Of a stretch of DNA of 64,000 nt, positions 38,527 to 48,796 are shown in pieces. Every line of letters begins with the position of its first letter. Positions within the stretch are counted from its first letter, which is position 1. The stretch comes from a virus: IMG/VR virus record IMGVR_UViG_3300045988_113377, positions 1 to 64,000 of that record. One strand, given 5' to 3'. The position numbers and the translations under genes are program-made. The notes under the pieces were generated by a model that made no database searches, was not told where the DNA came from, and saw only the letters and a program-made list of their open reading frames with translations.

Positions 38527-38714
38527 ATTATTTGGATGGGTATGTAGAAGAAGTTCTTTCTGAGCCGTACTATGATGATTATGGCTCTGGGGTTTTTAGG
38601 TGGTGGGTGAAAGTGTCTTACGTTTGTGAAGGCATAGGAGCTGTCACTACCTTAATGTTTGATACGAGAGAAGAAGCAGAGGCAGTAAAAATAGGTTATA
38701 AATTTTTATGTTGA
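38523..38714 (+). CDS. hypothetical protein (63 aa)
   Basis: ORF, overlap. Confidence 0.35.
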   Translation: MNYLDGYVEEVLSEPYYDDYGSGVFRWWVKVSYVCEGIGAVTTLMFDTREEAEAVKIGYKFLC

Positions 38715-38721
38715 AAATAAT

Positions 38722-38958
38722 ATGAGGTATTTTGTTTTATTGATGGCACTTGTGTTATCATCATGTTCGCATGATGATAGTCAGGTTAATAACGGATGGG
38801 TTATATATGATTTACGTCCTTTACAGGGTGGACGTGTGATGTATTATGCTGAAGACGAAAGAATTTCAATATTTAAACATAATAGAATCATAAAATTCGT
38901 TAGATACCAAGGGGAATACAATATCGGAGATTCTATTAAGATCGTGAAAGTAAAATAA
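38722..38958 (+). CDS. small lipoprotein (lipobox LSSC)
   Basis: MRYFVLLMALVLSSCSHDD signal peptide with lipobox. Confidence 0.5.
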   Translation: MRYFVLLMALVLSSCSHDDSQVNNGWVIYDLRPLQGGRVMYYAEDERISIFKHNRIIKFVRYQGEYNIGDSIKIVKVK

Positions 38959-38959
38959 T

Positions 38960-39448
38960 ATGGAAAATAATTTAAAACTCGTATGCCCAAAATGTGGCAC
39001 CCCTCACCAGCCTCATTCTCCGCACATGATGGATGCAGATGGATTTGAAAGGTGTGAGATAAGAACTGTCATGGAAGACAGGGGGTGGTGCTACGAATGC
39101 TCTTTTTGGCAAAATATGTACGACAAGCACAAAGACGATCCAGGATGGGTTAGGATAGACGGTGAAAGCTGGGTGCTTAAGCCTATGGTGGAAAACGTAC
39201 CGAGCGGATGGAACAGCCTTGGATGTGGTGGAAGAAAGATGTATATCAATATCGAAGGGAAAGGCATTGTTGTATCAAATAACTGCTGGTGCCAAGGTGA
39301 TGTTTCGGACGCATTCAAGGATCTTATGCCTGATAATGCTACTTGGGCTACGAAGGAGGAATTTGACAAAGCTCCTGTAGTAGGATATATTGTAGAAGGT
39401 ATTGGTTTAGTTTTCACAGATAGGGAAGGTCATGAAGTTAATGCTTAG
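38960..39448 (+). CDS. Cys/Trp-rich hypothetical protein (162 aa)
   Basis: ORF; multiple Cys. Confidence 0.5.
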   Translation: MENNLKLVCPKCGTPHQPHSPHMMDADGFERCEIRTVMEDRGWCYECSFWQNMYDKHKDDPGWVRIDGESWVLKPMVENVPSGWNSLGCGGRKMYINIEGKGIVVSNNCWCQGDVSDAFKDLMPDNATWATKEEFDKAPVVGYIVEGIGLVFTDREGHEVNA

Positions 39449-39572
39449 AAACTTGTTTCATATTCCTCTTAGAATAGTTGAAAGGAAATTAACTAATGGG
39501 GAAGTAGAATATTGATGCCAATATCAAAACATTTTTGGGAAATGGAAAAACAGGATAAAATACGATATGTTT

Positions 39573-39598
39573 GGCATGTCGTGTTATGCTGTTTTTTA
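39573..39598 (+). terminator. weak hairpin + T6 tract, possible end of plus-strand block
   Basis: ggcat/atgct stem then gttttttatt. Confidence 0.3.
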
Positions 39599-39679
39599 TT
39601 CATTCGAAGATGCGTATGAATTTAATTATGGTAAGAACAAAGAAGAAAAGGTAAAGGTAGTGGATTCTTGTTACAAGAA

Positions 39680-39730
39680 AAGATGGTAACTACAATAATC
39701 CCCGGCCATACAATAGGTGTACGGTTGGGG
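39680..39730 (-). terminator. GC-rich hairpin (CCCCGGCC/GGTTGGGG) possibly terminating minus-strand late transcripts
   Basis: 8-bp stem with two G-U pairs, 15-nt loop, U-rich after stem on minus strand. Confidence 0.3.
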
Positions 39731-39803
39731 ATTATTGTAATATATGATTAATAACCGTCTTATTTTATACTAATACATTTTAGTACTATTTTTATATCTT
39801 TTA

Positions 39804-40253
39804 TTATAATTCTACATAGGTGTCAATAGGAACAAAGCTGCCAATTGTACTTATCTTATATATTGAATGAATAAGGTGAGTACTTGGACTTAATTTCAGT
39901 TGAGGTACTTGATTGGATCCTTCTGTAATAAAGAAATAATAAAAAACGTCTCCAATCGTAAACTGTAACATAATATCACCTGTTACCGATCCTTCATTAA
40001 AGTAAGCCTGGATATATTGTCCAGAATTTGATATCGTACAATTTATAGGATTACCGCCCATCGTACATACCTTGCTATTATTAATCTCATCTAAAACATA
40101 GGAAGCCGCCATAGTTGCTCCATTAGATCGGTATCTACAACCAAGAATAGGTACAGGATTTCGCCATGTGGTTGTAGGGGCCGAAATCGAACAAGCAAAA
40201 ACAGGGATCTTGCCGCCAGTAACTGTATTAATATTTTCAAATCTTCTTCTCAT
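39804..40253 (-). CDS. MRRRF-family small protein (149 aa), possible virion accessory/fiber-like protein
   Basis: N-terminus MRRRFENIN shared with two other genes in window. Confidence 0.5.
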   Translation of the reverse strand: MRRRFENINTVTGGKIPVFACSISAPTTTWRNPVPILGCRYRSNGATMAASYVLDEINNSKVCTMGGNPINCTISNSGQYIQAYFNEGSVTGDIMLQFTIGDVFYYFFITEGSNQVPQLKLSPSTHLIHSIYKISTIGSFVPIDTYVEL

Positions 40254-40257
40254 AATT

Positions 40258-40878
40258 TTATAAAATTAATTCAGTAAAAGGACGGACATAATGTGAACTA
40301 CCCCTTGAACCTGTATCCAAATGATCTCCTTGGATGTTTATATCATAATACCACGAATAGGAAAATTTTTCATTTCGAGTGGATGTCCACATTTTATTAC
40401 TCATTATCGTACCTCCTACCATTAAAAGGCATTCGTTTATTTCATTAGCATACAATGATATCAAAAAAAACTCTCCGGCGCCACCTACATATCCATTTTG
40501 ACCATTTTTAAATAAATAGCTATTAGCTTTATTAAAAGCGTAATCTGTATTACTGGTATCATATTCAAGATACGCATTCTGATTTTCACGCCCCCCCCAA
40601 TAATCCTTTTTAATAGTTCCCATATGAGAACTATCTTGTGCAAATATATTGTCTATTTCTCCATCCTTACCCCAACGAAATGTGCCAATATATTCGGTGG
40701 CTATAACAAAACACACTTTATCTACAAGAGCTATTCCATTGCATAGATCATTGGAATATCCTTTATTAGACCAATTTTCTTTTGTATATAATCCTCCATC
40801 TACATGTTGGATGTATATGCCTTTATTGATTATAAGCGAGGGATTTACCCCCATCCCTATTTGAAATCTTCGTCTCAT
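40258..40878 (-). CDS. MRRRF-family protein (start at internal ATG 40878, MRRRFQIGM; ORF track extends to 40965)
   Basis: conserved MRRRF N-terminus begins at aa 30 of the tracked ORF. Confidence 0.5.
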   Translation of the reverse strand: MRRRFQIGMGVNPSLIINKGIYIQHVDGGLYTKENWSNKGYSNDLCNGIALVDKVCFVIATEYIGTFRWGKDGEIDNIFAQDSSHMGTIKKDYWGGRENQNAYLEYDTSNTDYAFNKANSYLFKNGQNGYVGGAGEFFLISLYANEINECLLMVGGTIMSNKMWTSTRNEKFSYSWYYDINIQGDHLDTGSRGSSHYVRPFTELIL

Positions 40879-41091
40879 GATTTTTGTTTGCAAGATAGCA
40901 ATAATTGACAACATAAAAGAAACCGGTTCCCTATCATCTCTGACTGAGAACCGGTAAGAAAACAATTTCAGAAAAAATTAAACCTACATAATCTTTCAAG
41001 TAAGAACAAAAAACGTACAATCTACTCTTTGACGATGCTAATATAACATATTGGAATCATACAAAAACAATGCAAGTCCGATATTCTTCGT

Positions 41092-44000
41092 CTACTTGTA
41101 GCTAACATCATCGTCCCCTTCCGAATCAGGAGTAGCGCCGATGAAGAACATCATTGACTTGTTGTTCGTCTGCTGCCACCAATTATAGGCGCGCGCTACG
41201 TCTTCCGGCGTCTTGATATTATACCATTGTTTGATAAACGTCTGTTTGGCGAGTTGCCTAAATGACTTAGACTCTCCCTTGTATGTACCGGATGTTACTT
41301 TATCAAGTGAATAATTCCTAAGATCGGTAAGATCCTTCAGTTTTCGCCCCATAACAAACGGATCGTTAATGATATCTACCACGTTAAGCTCCATAATAAA
41401 CGGCATCTGTGAAGCTATTTCGTTTATGGTTCTGAATCCGACATAGGATCCAAATTGAGTAAGCCAACTTTCTTCGTTTTCATCATCATCACGCCATCCG
41501 GCAAGAAGCATAGATACGGCCTGCATGATAAGGAACGTGCCGGCATAGACACTGAGACGTTTGAGATTGGTTTTTTCTACCTCATTCATATTGTCTTTAT
41601 TTTCATTCCAGGCATCTATGATGTTTTTCATACCAGACTCGGAAGCCAGGCTAAATGTTTTGGCTATCATATTCTTTAACGTAATTGACAACCCTTCCTC
41701 TTCTTGCATTGTCTGGAAATTGAAGCCACGTCTTTTCCACAGACGTTGAGCCGACAGCACCAACCATCCTCGGTGGGCGGTCATGAACCTGGCTATCCAG
41801 TTGCGCGATGCGGCAGTTCGGTTTTCTTCATTCAAAGATCCGTTGCATATCTGCGACAAGCTACGAACTTGATTTCTGGTTATAGCCATCTGGGTTTCTA
41901 CTTCCTCAACAGTAACACCCGATCCTGGCTTTACAACCACCTTCCCATCCACGACGTCTACCATACTCCATAAAGTACGATCTTTTAATGCGTTCCATTC
42001 TCTTTTTATGGTACTCTGTTCTTTACCACGTTCTTTTTCCATCTTGAAATCTTGGAACGTGTAGAACCGGCCTTTGTAATAACGAACATTGTCCATAGTA
42101 GCAATCATAACCTGCGGATCAAGAGGGTAGTTCAGGATTTCCATAAAAGCATACATAGGCGAACGCATTAAGGTCCTGGCCGCTCTATTGTATCCGGCAC
42201 CATACATACGATTTCGGATATTGAATATCCCCATTCTCTCACCTATGACATATAATTTGCTTTTCCTATCTATGTCTCCGGTTTCTGCTATACAAGATGG
42301 AGCAAGGCGTGAAAATTCAGCCGATGCGTATTTAAGGGAGTCTTTGCTTATATACTGTCCTACGGCAGATTCCATGATGAGGTTGATATGACCTGTTAAG
42401 GCGCCGGTAGCTGCCACAAATGGAGACAGTGCCAGGTTCATGACCGACATAAACCTTTCAACAGCCATCATAATTCTTGTAAGGTCTACCGTATATCCTC
42501 CGATGTTCACCGTAAGTTTTTTGGTGTTCATCCTAATGCCATAATAATGATCGTTGAAGAAGTCCCTGAACATCTGATATGCTTGGGTTGCTTCAGCCTT
42601 TTTACCACCTTCAAATTGTTTATTTAGTAACATCTGCTCCAGTCCTTGAGCGAGCTCTATAGACTTCTGCTTTTCGTTGTATAACGATGACTGCATCATA
42701 AGCATCGAATAAGAGTAACCAAAATCATGAGATACGTCATCTTGGTTCTCTAATTCATATATGTAGTATTTAGGTATAGACCTAAGCCTGTCTTCTGGAT
42801 CATACACTTCTCCTTGCCTGGTCTTACCATATAGAGAATCGTCTACTCTGTCCAGGCACAGATCTGATACAAAATTACGAACCGTATTTTTGAAGTTAAT
42901 ACCCAATCCTTCTACACGTTCTATATCTTGTTTGGATATCTGTGGAATAGCATACAGGTTCGGGCTCTGCTCTTTGTATAGATCAAGGGATTGTCTTTTT
43001 ATTTCCTTGAGTTTTTGAATCATATTCCACTGCTCTACGTTTTTAGTAGCAACCTCATTACCGTCAGCATCATACTTGATACCAAAGTCATTGAAATACG
43101 ATTCGTCACGATACAGGCTTTTCTTAGGCATTCGATGACCATACCCATGATCTTTTACATAATCAGGATTACGACCGCTATTTTCGGCTTCAGATTCAGC
43201 CACCCATGCCCTTGCAGGGTCGAAAGACAAGTACGATATGTCCATGCCATAATCTTGGGTGGATGTACCGTTTTGTACGTCCTTAACCATTTGCGCCACA
43301 TCTATCTCACCTCGACCGATTTTGTCGATCATAGCTGCATATCCGGTAGGCGCCATGCGTTTATAGTACGAAAAAACCTGGCTTCTGGCAAATTCATTAA
43401 CAATAGCATTAGCTTCTTCTACGCCCTCTTCTCTTGTATTATTTAAAAATAAGCTGACCATCTTAGCATTAACAGCATTCCTGAAATCTCTACCGTCTAA
43501 TTCTTTGCTTATACCAAGCTTTTCTGACAGGTAGTTGGTTTCAGATACGGTAAACAGATATCGGTTATCAGCAGCCTTAAACAGCTTATCCCTTAAAGCC
43601 TGAATCCTTTTTGCTTTCTTCGCCGTAGTATGACGTTGTACGAACTTCCATTCCACTTCCTTGGAGTCAGCAAGAGCATTTAAATAAGACTGATTTACTT
43701 CGTTTTCAGCCTTACTGCTTTTAGTAAGGTACTTATCAATATCTTCAAGACCCACCATCTTAGCATAATCTATCAAAATAGCGTAATCGGCTTCAATAGC
43801 TTCAGATGCGGCCCTAAAAGCATCTCTTTCAGATGAGGTAAATGTCGCTTCGTTAATCTCTCCGATATCAGCCACATCGCGATTGTTTCCGATTATTTCC
43901 TTGATAATAGCCTTATTTTTTTCTATATCTTTCACAATAGAATCCACGTCAGTCGCATCTCTATCACTTGTCGTAGAACTAATGATATCATGCGCCATTT

Positions 44001-47000
44001 TAAGATACGAAGCCTTGTTATTTGATTCGGTACGTGCCGACTGTTCTGATTCTACATCATTCCAAAACCGATCGTTGAATGACAGGTGACCTCCCAACAT
44101 AAGTGTCTTCAGCGCAGCTTCTCCTCCCAACTCGTTCTGAATCGTTCTCAATTTTTGCAAAAACGATTCTGATACGGCATTAGTGGCATTATTTGATTCC
44201 TTTCTCCAAACTTCATTTATAGCTTGTATTTCTTTGGCCATCTTAAGTTGGTCGCCGGTTTTTTCCACTCTCCTGGTTCCTACATATATGTATTCTGAAG
44301 CTGCTTCCTTACGTTGTTTACGAAGCAGTCCTTCTTCTTCGTAATTGCTGCTTTTAAAATAGGCAACCTCATCAAAATTACCACCGCTATCAATAAAAGG
44401 CTGCCTCAATATCCGTTTTTGCCGGGATAGGGCATTAAGGTATTCTTTGGTTGTTTGAGAAACCGGATGCCCTAATTCTTCTTCAGCCTTTTTGTATATG
44501 GATTCCATTCTTGTGGCATAACTTTCGCTAAATTCCAGTTCCGAATTTTCAGCATCCCACTTTTCCATCTGCTCTGTATAGATCTTTTCCTGCTCGATGG
44601 TAAAAATATCGGTATTAACTCTATCAGACGATGGTTTGAATTTAGCGTTTTCAGTAACCGTATTTCCATCCTTGTCAACTACTTCTCTTTTAAATACGTA
44701 ATTACGGTTATTGTCAACCACATCACCAATTTCTTCTTCTGATATCTCTATGTTCATGGCAGTCGCAAACGCTCGCATCTGCGCCAGCTTCTTATTACGA
44801 TCGTATTTAGCCATATCAAGAGCACTACGAAGGTAATTAGAAGTTTTGCCGTCTACTTTCTGAAGCAGTTTTTCAAATTCAGATTTGTTAAAACCATGCT
44901 TTTTCGCATATGCCAGGAAGTCGGATATGGCGGGCTGGGCATTCACCATCGCATTGTAATTGTCTTTGGCAATCATAGCTCCAAGAGCGTTATTGAACGG
45001 ACTGGAAGAATGCTCTAATATACCAAACCACCTACTTATCCAAGAAACATCGTGTTGAACCTTGTCAAAAAATTCTTTTACTCTCTTTACCTTATCTGCC
45101 GGCACATGAAGTTCGTTCATTAACTTATCAAGCAACGTACTTTCATCAAGGTCTTGTACTGATTTAATATCAGACTGAATACCATTGATGTCGGCAATGA
45201 CGGTATTGATCCTATTTGTATAATCCTGCTTTTCACGTTCATCAAATTCGGTACTTCTGTTACGGATATATCCTCGAAGATCGTTCATGATCGGAAGAAC
45301 CTGATTGTTGATAATATCTACGTTCTTTCGATCATTGGTATTGAAGTGAAGCTTACCGTCTTTGGTATCACCATGAAGGATGGTGTTCACCACATTACTT
45401 AAGTATCTGACCTGAGCTTCGGCTGTAGAGATCATGCTATTCATGGCAGCCGCCATCTCATTCTTGTCTATTTCGGTCTCTACTTTATTTATCTTATCTT
45501 CTATGGTCTTAAGCTGCTCAAGGGTCATAGACGTAGTTACAGCCCTATCAGAGCTTATCTGACGTAAGTCTCTTAAGGTTTTTCTTAGTGATCTGATCTT
45601 AGACTCAAGAAACTTGTTCTTGTTCATAGAAGAAAGGGAGTATAATGTAAAATCATTATCCTTTAACAGAGAGGTATCAAATCCTTTATCTATGTCGGTA
45701 ATAGCAAGATCACGAATGTTTTTAATAACGTTATTCAAATCTTGTCTTTGGGTAGATAAAGCTGATTTAAGCCAGCTTACGATTCCAGAGAGAAGCTGCC
45801 GGACGCGCCCCAGGAAGGAGGTGGGCTCTACCGGCGCCTGTGCTGTGCCGGTCTGCATCTCCCTGGCAAGGATCTTTCCAAGAATTTCTCTCCTAACAGC
45901 ATTATCAAGCTCGGATCCTTCATATACCTTACCGTATGTATTATAATACTGACCTGCATACTGGTTCCACTCTTCCGTACCTTCTACATCTTGCAGAACA
46001 GCCTCAACAGCATTCTGATCTCTGTATGCCTCTACAAGGAAGTGGGATGTTTCTTCTACTAAATCAGATAAAGTAGCATCTTCACCAACTGCTATTACGT
46101 TATTGGCAATATCCGCCAATGCCTTAGCAGAAGGTTCATGCCCGTATTTGGTTTGGTACTTCTCTATATAATCGGTCATACCTATGACACTAACGCCAAG
46201 CGTTTTCAGTATCTCGACAATAGAATTTCGTTGATCACGTTCCTGCCTGCTATAATCTGATACGATCTTAGCTTTAGTATCAGCATAAAGATCGTTGTCT
46301 TCTAATATGAATGAAACTACAAGCGCATCAAAATGATCGTACTTAGCATCCAATTCATTGTATCTTCCTGACTTAAGATCGTTCTTTATCTGCTCTTTGC
46401 TAACCCTTTCCGTTCCTCCGGTGGCGAGCCTCATAGTTACCTTACTATTATCCAACGAGCTTATGGTTATCATACCTTGGTCGTTCATGGAAACATCTGA
46501 ACCAAAATGATTACGGAGCTCGGTGTAGGATAAGGCTGAATTGAAAAGTCTAATTTGTCCTGTATGACCTTCTCCTGTAAGATAATAGCTTCTTGTTTCA
46601 GGATCGAATATCTTAGATCCGGACAAAAGACCTTTCTTTATAAGGTAGTTAATTATACCACCTTTTGTTGATAAAGAAGTAGAAGCAGAAGCGGTCATGA
46701 CCGGTATAAAAGATTTGGGATTATTAAGAACATACCTTCCAGCTTTGTAAGTAATGTCTGCCACGCCATCCCAGGCAGATTCTTGAACGGTGCCTGATAA
46801 GAATCCTATTCTAATATCATTTCCGCCAGAGCGAAGAGCTTCTCCGTAATCTTCAAATAATTGATTACGATCGTTCATGAAAAACAAACGAGGCTCTCCG
46901 GTCTGATACGTTACACCCACAGGATTAGAATCTGTCTGTGGTAGCTCTTCTGGGCTAAATATCTTAAGACCGTCTTTTATAACCATATAATTAACACCCT

Positions 47001-47514
47001 TATCCTGTACCATAGATACGGGAGTGAAGTCCGAAGATATAGCATCTTGTAGATACCGCCCTGCGTCTATTCCCGGTCCTTCCGGTACGGAAATACTTGA
47101 CGGGACCATAGCATCTACCAACATAATATTATCACCCAGATCTTGGCTGTAAAATCCAAAGCCCGATTCTCGGATTTCATAAGGTGCATCTGATTTTGAC
47201 ACAAGAACAGGGTTACTCATCTTAGAAGCCTTATCCAGCACCCTTTCCCTGTAGGCTTCCGGAATAAGATCGATGTTGGATTTCACCTTATTGTAGGCCT
47301 GTTTGTTGATAGGCACTCTCTTTCTCCAGTCGCCAAAAGCCTTTAAGAACTTATTAGAAAATACGGTTTTAAAAACAGTAGTAGCCCGTTCCCTATTCTC
47401 CATAAGAGGAATAGATGCTATTTTATCAAACAACATAGACCTGTCCCCTGATCTGGTAGAGACAGAAACAACTTTCTTTTTATTATCTCTTTTAATAATA
47501 CACGTTGATGTCAT
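41092..47514 (-). CDS. giant protein (2140 aa), probable virion/ejection-associated protein; function unassigned
   Basis: uninterrupted 6.4-kb ORF; no SD; late-strand location. Confidence 0.7.
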   Translation of the reverse strand: MTSTCIIKRDNKKKVVSVSTRSGDRSMLFDKIASIPLMENRERATTVFKTVFSNKFLKAFGDWRKRVPINKQAYNKVKSNIDLIPEAYRERVLDKASKMSNPVLVSKSDAPYEIRESGFGFYSQDLGDNIMLVDAMVPSSISVPEGPGIDAGRYLQDAISSDFTPVSMVQDKGVNYMVIKDGLKIFSPEELPQTDSNPVGVTYQTGEPRLFFMNDRNQLFEDYGEALRSGGNDIRIGFLSGTVQESAWDGVADITYKAGRYVLNNPKSFIPVMTASASTSLSTKGGIINYLIKKGLLSGSKIFDPETRSYYLTGEGHTGQIRLFNSALSYTELRNHFGSDVSMNDQGMITISSLDNSKVTMRLATGGTERVSKEQIKNDLKSGRYNELDAKYDHFDALVVSFILEDNDLYADTKAKIVSDYSRQERDQRNSIVEILKTLGVSVIGMTDYIEKYQTKYGHEPSAKALADIANNVIAVGEDATLSDLVEETSHFLVEAYRDQNAVEAVLQDVEGTEEWNQYAGQYYNTYGKVYEGSELDNAVRREILGKILAREMQTGTAQAPVEPTSFLGRVRQLLSGIVSWLKSALSTQRQDLNNVIKNIRDLAITDIDKGFDTSLLKDNDFTLYSLSSMNKNKFLESKIRSLRKTLRDLRQISSDRAVTTSMTLEQLKTIEDKINKVETEIDKNEMAAAMNSMISTAEAQVRYLSNVVNTILHGDTKDGKLHFNTNDRKNVDIINNQVLPIMNDLRGYIRNRSTEFDEREKQDYTNRINTVIADINGIQSDIKSVQDLDESTLLDKLMNELHVPADKVKRVKEFFDKVQHDVSWISRWFGILEHSSSPFNNALGAMIAKDNYNAMVNAQPAISDFLAYAKKHGFNKSEFEKLLQKVDGKTSNYLRSALDMAKYDRNKKLAQMRAFATAMNIEISEEEIGDVVDNNRNYVFKREVVDKDGNTVTENAKFKPSSDRVNTDIFTIEQEKIYTEQMEKWDAENSELEFSESYATRMESIYKKAEEELGHPVSQTTKEYLNALSRQKRILRQPFIDSGGNFDEVAYFKSSNYEEEGLLRKQRKEAASEYIYVGTRRVEKTGDQLKMAKEIQAINEVWRKESNNATNAVSESFLQKLRTIQNELGGEAALKTLMLGGHLSFNDRFWNDVESEQSARTESNNKASYLKMAHDIISSTTSDRDATDVDSIVKDIEKNKAIIKEIIGNNRDVADIGEINEATFTSSERDAFRAASEAIEADYAILIDYAKMVGLEDIDKYLTKSSKAENEVNQSYLNALADSKEVEWKFVQRHTTAKKAKRIQALRDKLFKAADNRYLFTVSETNYLSEKLGISKELDGRDFRNAVNAKMVSLFLNNTREEGVEEANAIVNEFARSQVFSYYKRMAPTGYAAMIDKIGRGEIDVAQMVKDVQNGTSTQDYGMDISYLSFDPARAWVAESEAENSGRNPDYVKDHGYGHRMPKKSLYRDESYFNDFGIKYDADGNEVATKNVEQWNMIQKLKEIKRQSLDLYKEQSPNLYAIPQISKQDIERVEGLGINFKNTVRNFVSDLCLDRVDDSLYGKTRQGEVYDPEDRLRSIPKYYIYELENQDDVSHDFGYSYSMLMMQSSLYNEKQKSIELAQGLEQMLLNKQFEGGKKAEATQAYQMFRDFFNDHYYGIRMNTKKLTVNIGGYTVDLTRIMMAVERFMSVMNLALSPFVAATGALTGHINLIMESAVGQYISKDSLKYASAEFSRLAPSCIAETGDIDRKSKLYVIGERMGIFNIRNRMYGAGYNRAARTLMRSPMYAFMEILNYPLDPQVMIATMDNVRYYKGRFYTFQDFKMEKERGKEQSTIKREWNALKDRTLWSMVDVVDGKVVVKPGSGVTVEEVETQMAITRNQVRSLSQICNGSLNEENRTAASRNWIARFMTAHRGWLVLSAQRLWKRRGFNFQTMQEEEGLSITLKNMIAKTFSLASESGMKNIIDAWNENKDNMNEVEKTNLKRLSVYAGTFLIMQAVSMLLAGWRDDDENEESWLTQFGSYVGFRTINEIASQMPFIMELNVVDIINDPFVMGRKLKDLTDLRNYSLDKVTSGTYKGESKSFRQLAKQTFIKQWYNIKTPEDVARAYNWWQQTNNKSMMFFIGATPDSEGDDDVSYK

Positions 47515-47561
47515 AGTAAAACATTTTTGTTATAAGACAAAGGTAGTTAAAAATCAAGCAT

Positions 47562-47604
47562 ATCATAAAAAATAAAGCCATCTAACTTCTCAGTCTGATG
47601 GCTT
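47562..47604 (-). terminator. rho-independent terminator (AAGCCATC/GATGGCTT) for minus strand
   Basis: 8-bp perfect stem 47575-47582/47597-47604, U-tract on minus strand. Confidence 0.55.
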
Positions 47605-47659
47605 AAAAATAATATGGAAAAAAAATAATTATAACTTGACGCCAATTGTCAAGTTCAGC

Positions 47660-47983
47660 TTATATGTAATGCATGTACCCATCTCGGTGTATAAACCTTC
47701 CCGATTCAAAGCGCTCAATATCTTCAGGGCAAATAGGGCCCGAATCCTCTCTCCTGGCTTCAAACCAAAGCCCCGGCTTACGAAGTCGGCAAGTTATGAT
47801 ATAGTTAAAGCAATTGTGCGTAAAATGGAAAACAGATCCTACAGGGAAATACCTATCAGCTTGAAATACGATTCTTTTTCGTTTAGTATCAAACGTGATA
47901 TCTCCTACTATCTTAGCCACGTAATAGCTTCTGCCATTTAACGTTTCATCTGTCTGCGGTATCCAATAATAACCTCTTGCCAT
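47660..47983 (-). CDS. hypothetical protein (107 aa) in terminator-bracketed mini-unit
   Basis: ORF between two hairpin terminators. Confidence 0.45.
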   Translation of the reverse strand: MARGYYWIPQTDETLNGRSYYVAKIVGDITFDTKRKRIVFQADRYFPVGSVFHFTHNCFNYIITCRLRKPGLWFEARREDSGPICPEDIERFESGRFIHRDGYMHYI

Positions 47984-47992
47984 GCCACAAAT

Positions 47993-48036
47993 ATAAAAAA
48001 AAGTCGGATAACTTACGTACCCGACTTTATTATTTG
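47993..48036. terminator. bidirectional terminator (AAGTCGG/CCGACTT with A-tract and T-tract)
   Basis: 7-bp stem 48001-48007/48021-48027 flanked by A10 and T-rich runs. Confidence 0.5.
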
Positions 48037-48086
48037 TTTAAATAGTTCAATTCCGCCATTTTTTTATGATATGTCCTGCTTGGTAA

Positions 48087-48437
48087 TCATATGATAAACA
48101 TTTCTTTCAAGATACTATTTTTTATACTATATATCAATTTCATCTCATCTCTATCATATACGTCAAAAAAGGATTCACTTAAGTTCTTTGGATTTACATT
48201 CAGTTGAATTATGCAATTACCGGTATAAACCTTAATTCCGTAATTATCAGAGTATATATCCTGCATAGTATCAAATGTCTCAATTAAATTTTCAACAAGG
48301 GCTCTGTTAAATGAAAAAGATTCTTTACCATCACCTTTAAATGTGATATGATCTAAATCCCTGTTGTCAAATTCATACTCTAACTGATTGCCGTCCATCA
48401 TATCATAAAATATTGACTTTCTGATTATAAATCCCAT
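48087..48437 (-). CDS. hypothetical protein (116 aa)
   Basis: ORF only. Confidence 0.5.
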   Translation of the reverse strand: MGFIIRKSIFYDMMDGNQLEYEFDNRDLDHITFKGDGKESFSFNRALVENLIETFDTMQDIYSDNYGIKVYTGNCIIQLNVNPKNLSESFFDVYDRDEMKLIYSIKNSILKEMFII

Positions 48438-48453
48438 ATTATTTTGTTTTTAG

Positions 48454-48759
48454 TTAATATAAATCTTCTGAATACAATTGTTCTCTAACGGCATTCCTAT
48501 CTACTACCATTTCCTGATTATTGTTTCTAACAAGTTCAGATGCCTCCTCTCTTGTTAAAAACCGATTCTTGCTTGTCAAAAATCCTTGAACACTGCGGTT
48601 TTTATGGGCTATACCGTATGCCGCAAGTTGAGATAGTATAGAGGGGTGTCTCAATCCACAGAACACGGCGCCGGATGGTATATTGGTGGGCTGATGGGGA
48701 CGCTTCTTGCCGTCCTGCACCCAGATGGCGGCGCATATTACTATTTCTTTATTATACAT
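48454..48759 (-). CDS. hypothetical protein (101 aa)
   Basis: ORF immediately downstream of iscB. Confidence 0.5.
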   Translation of the reverse strand: MYNKEIVICAAIWVQDGKKRPHQPTNIPSGAVFCGLRHPSILSQLAAYGIAHKNRSVQGFLTSKNRFLTREEASELVRNNNQEMVVDRNAVREQLYSEDLY

Positions 48760-48796
48760 GATACGTTTTTCTATTAAATTTATTAAATCTATTCAT

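Noticed and set aside
41455-45946. Several plus-strand ORFs (74-151 aa)
   Set aside because: All lie inside the 2140-aa minus-strand ORF. These are antisense artefacts of a long gene.
47636-47941. 101-aa plus-strand ORF
   Set aside because: Fully overlaps the minus-strand gene 47660..47983, which is bracketed by minus-strand terminators. No independent support.
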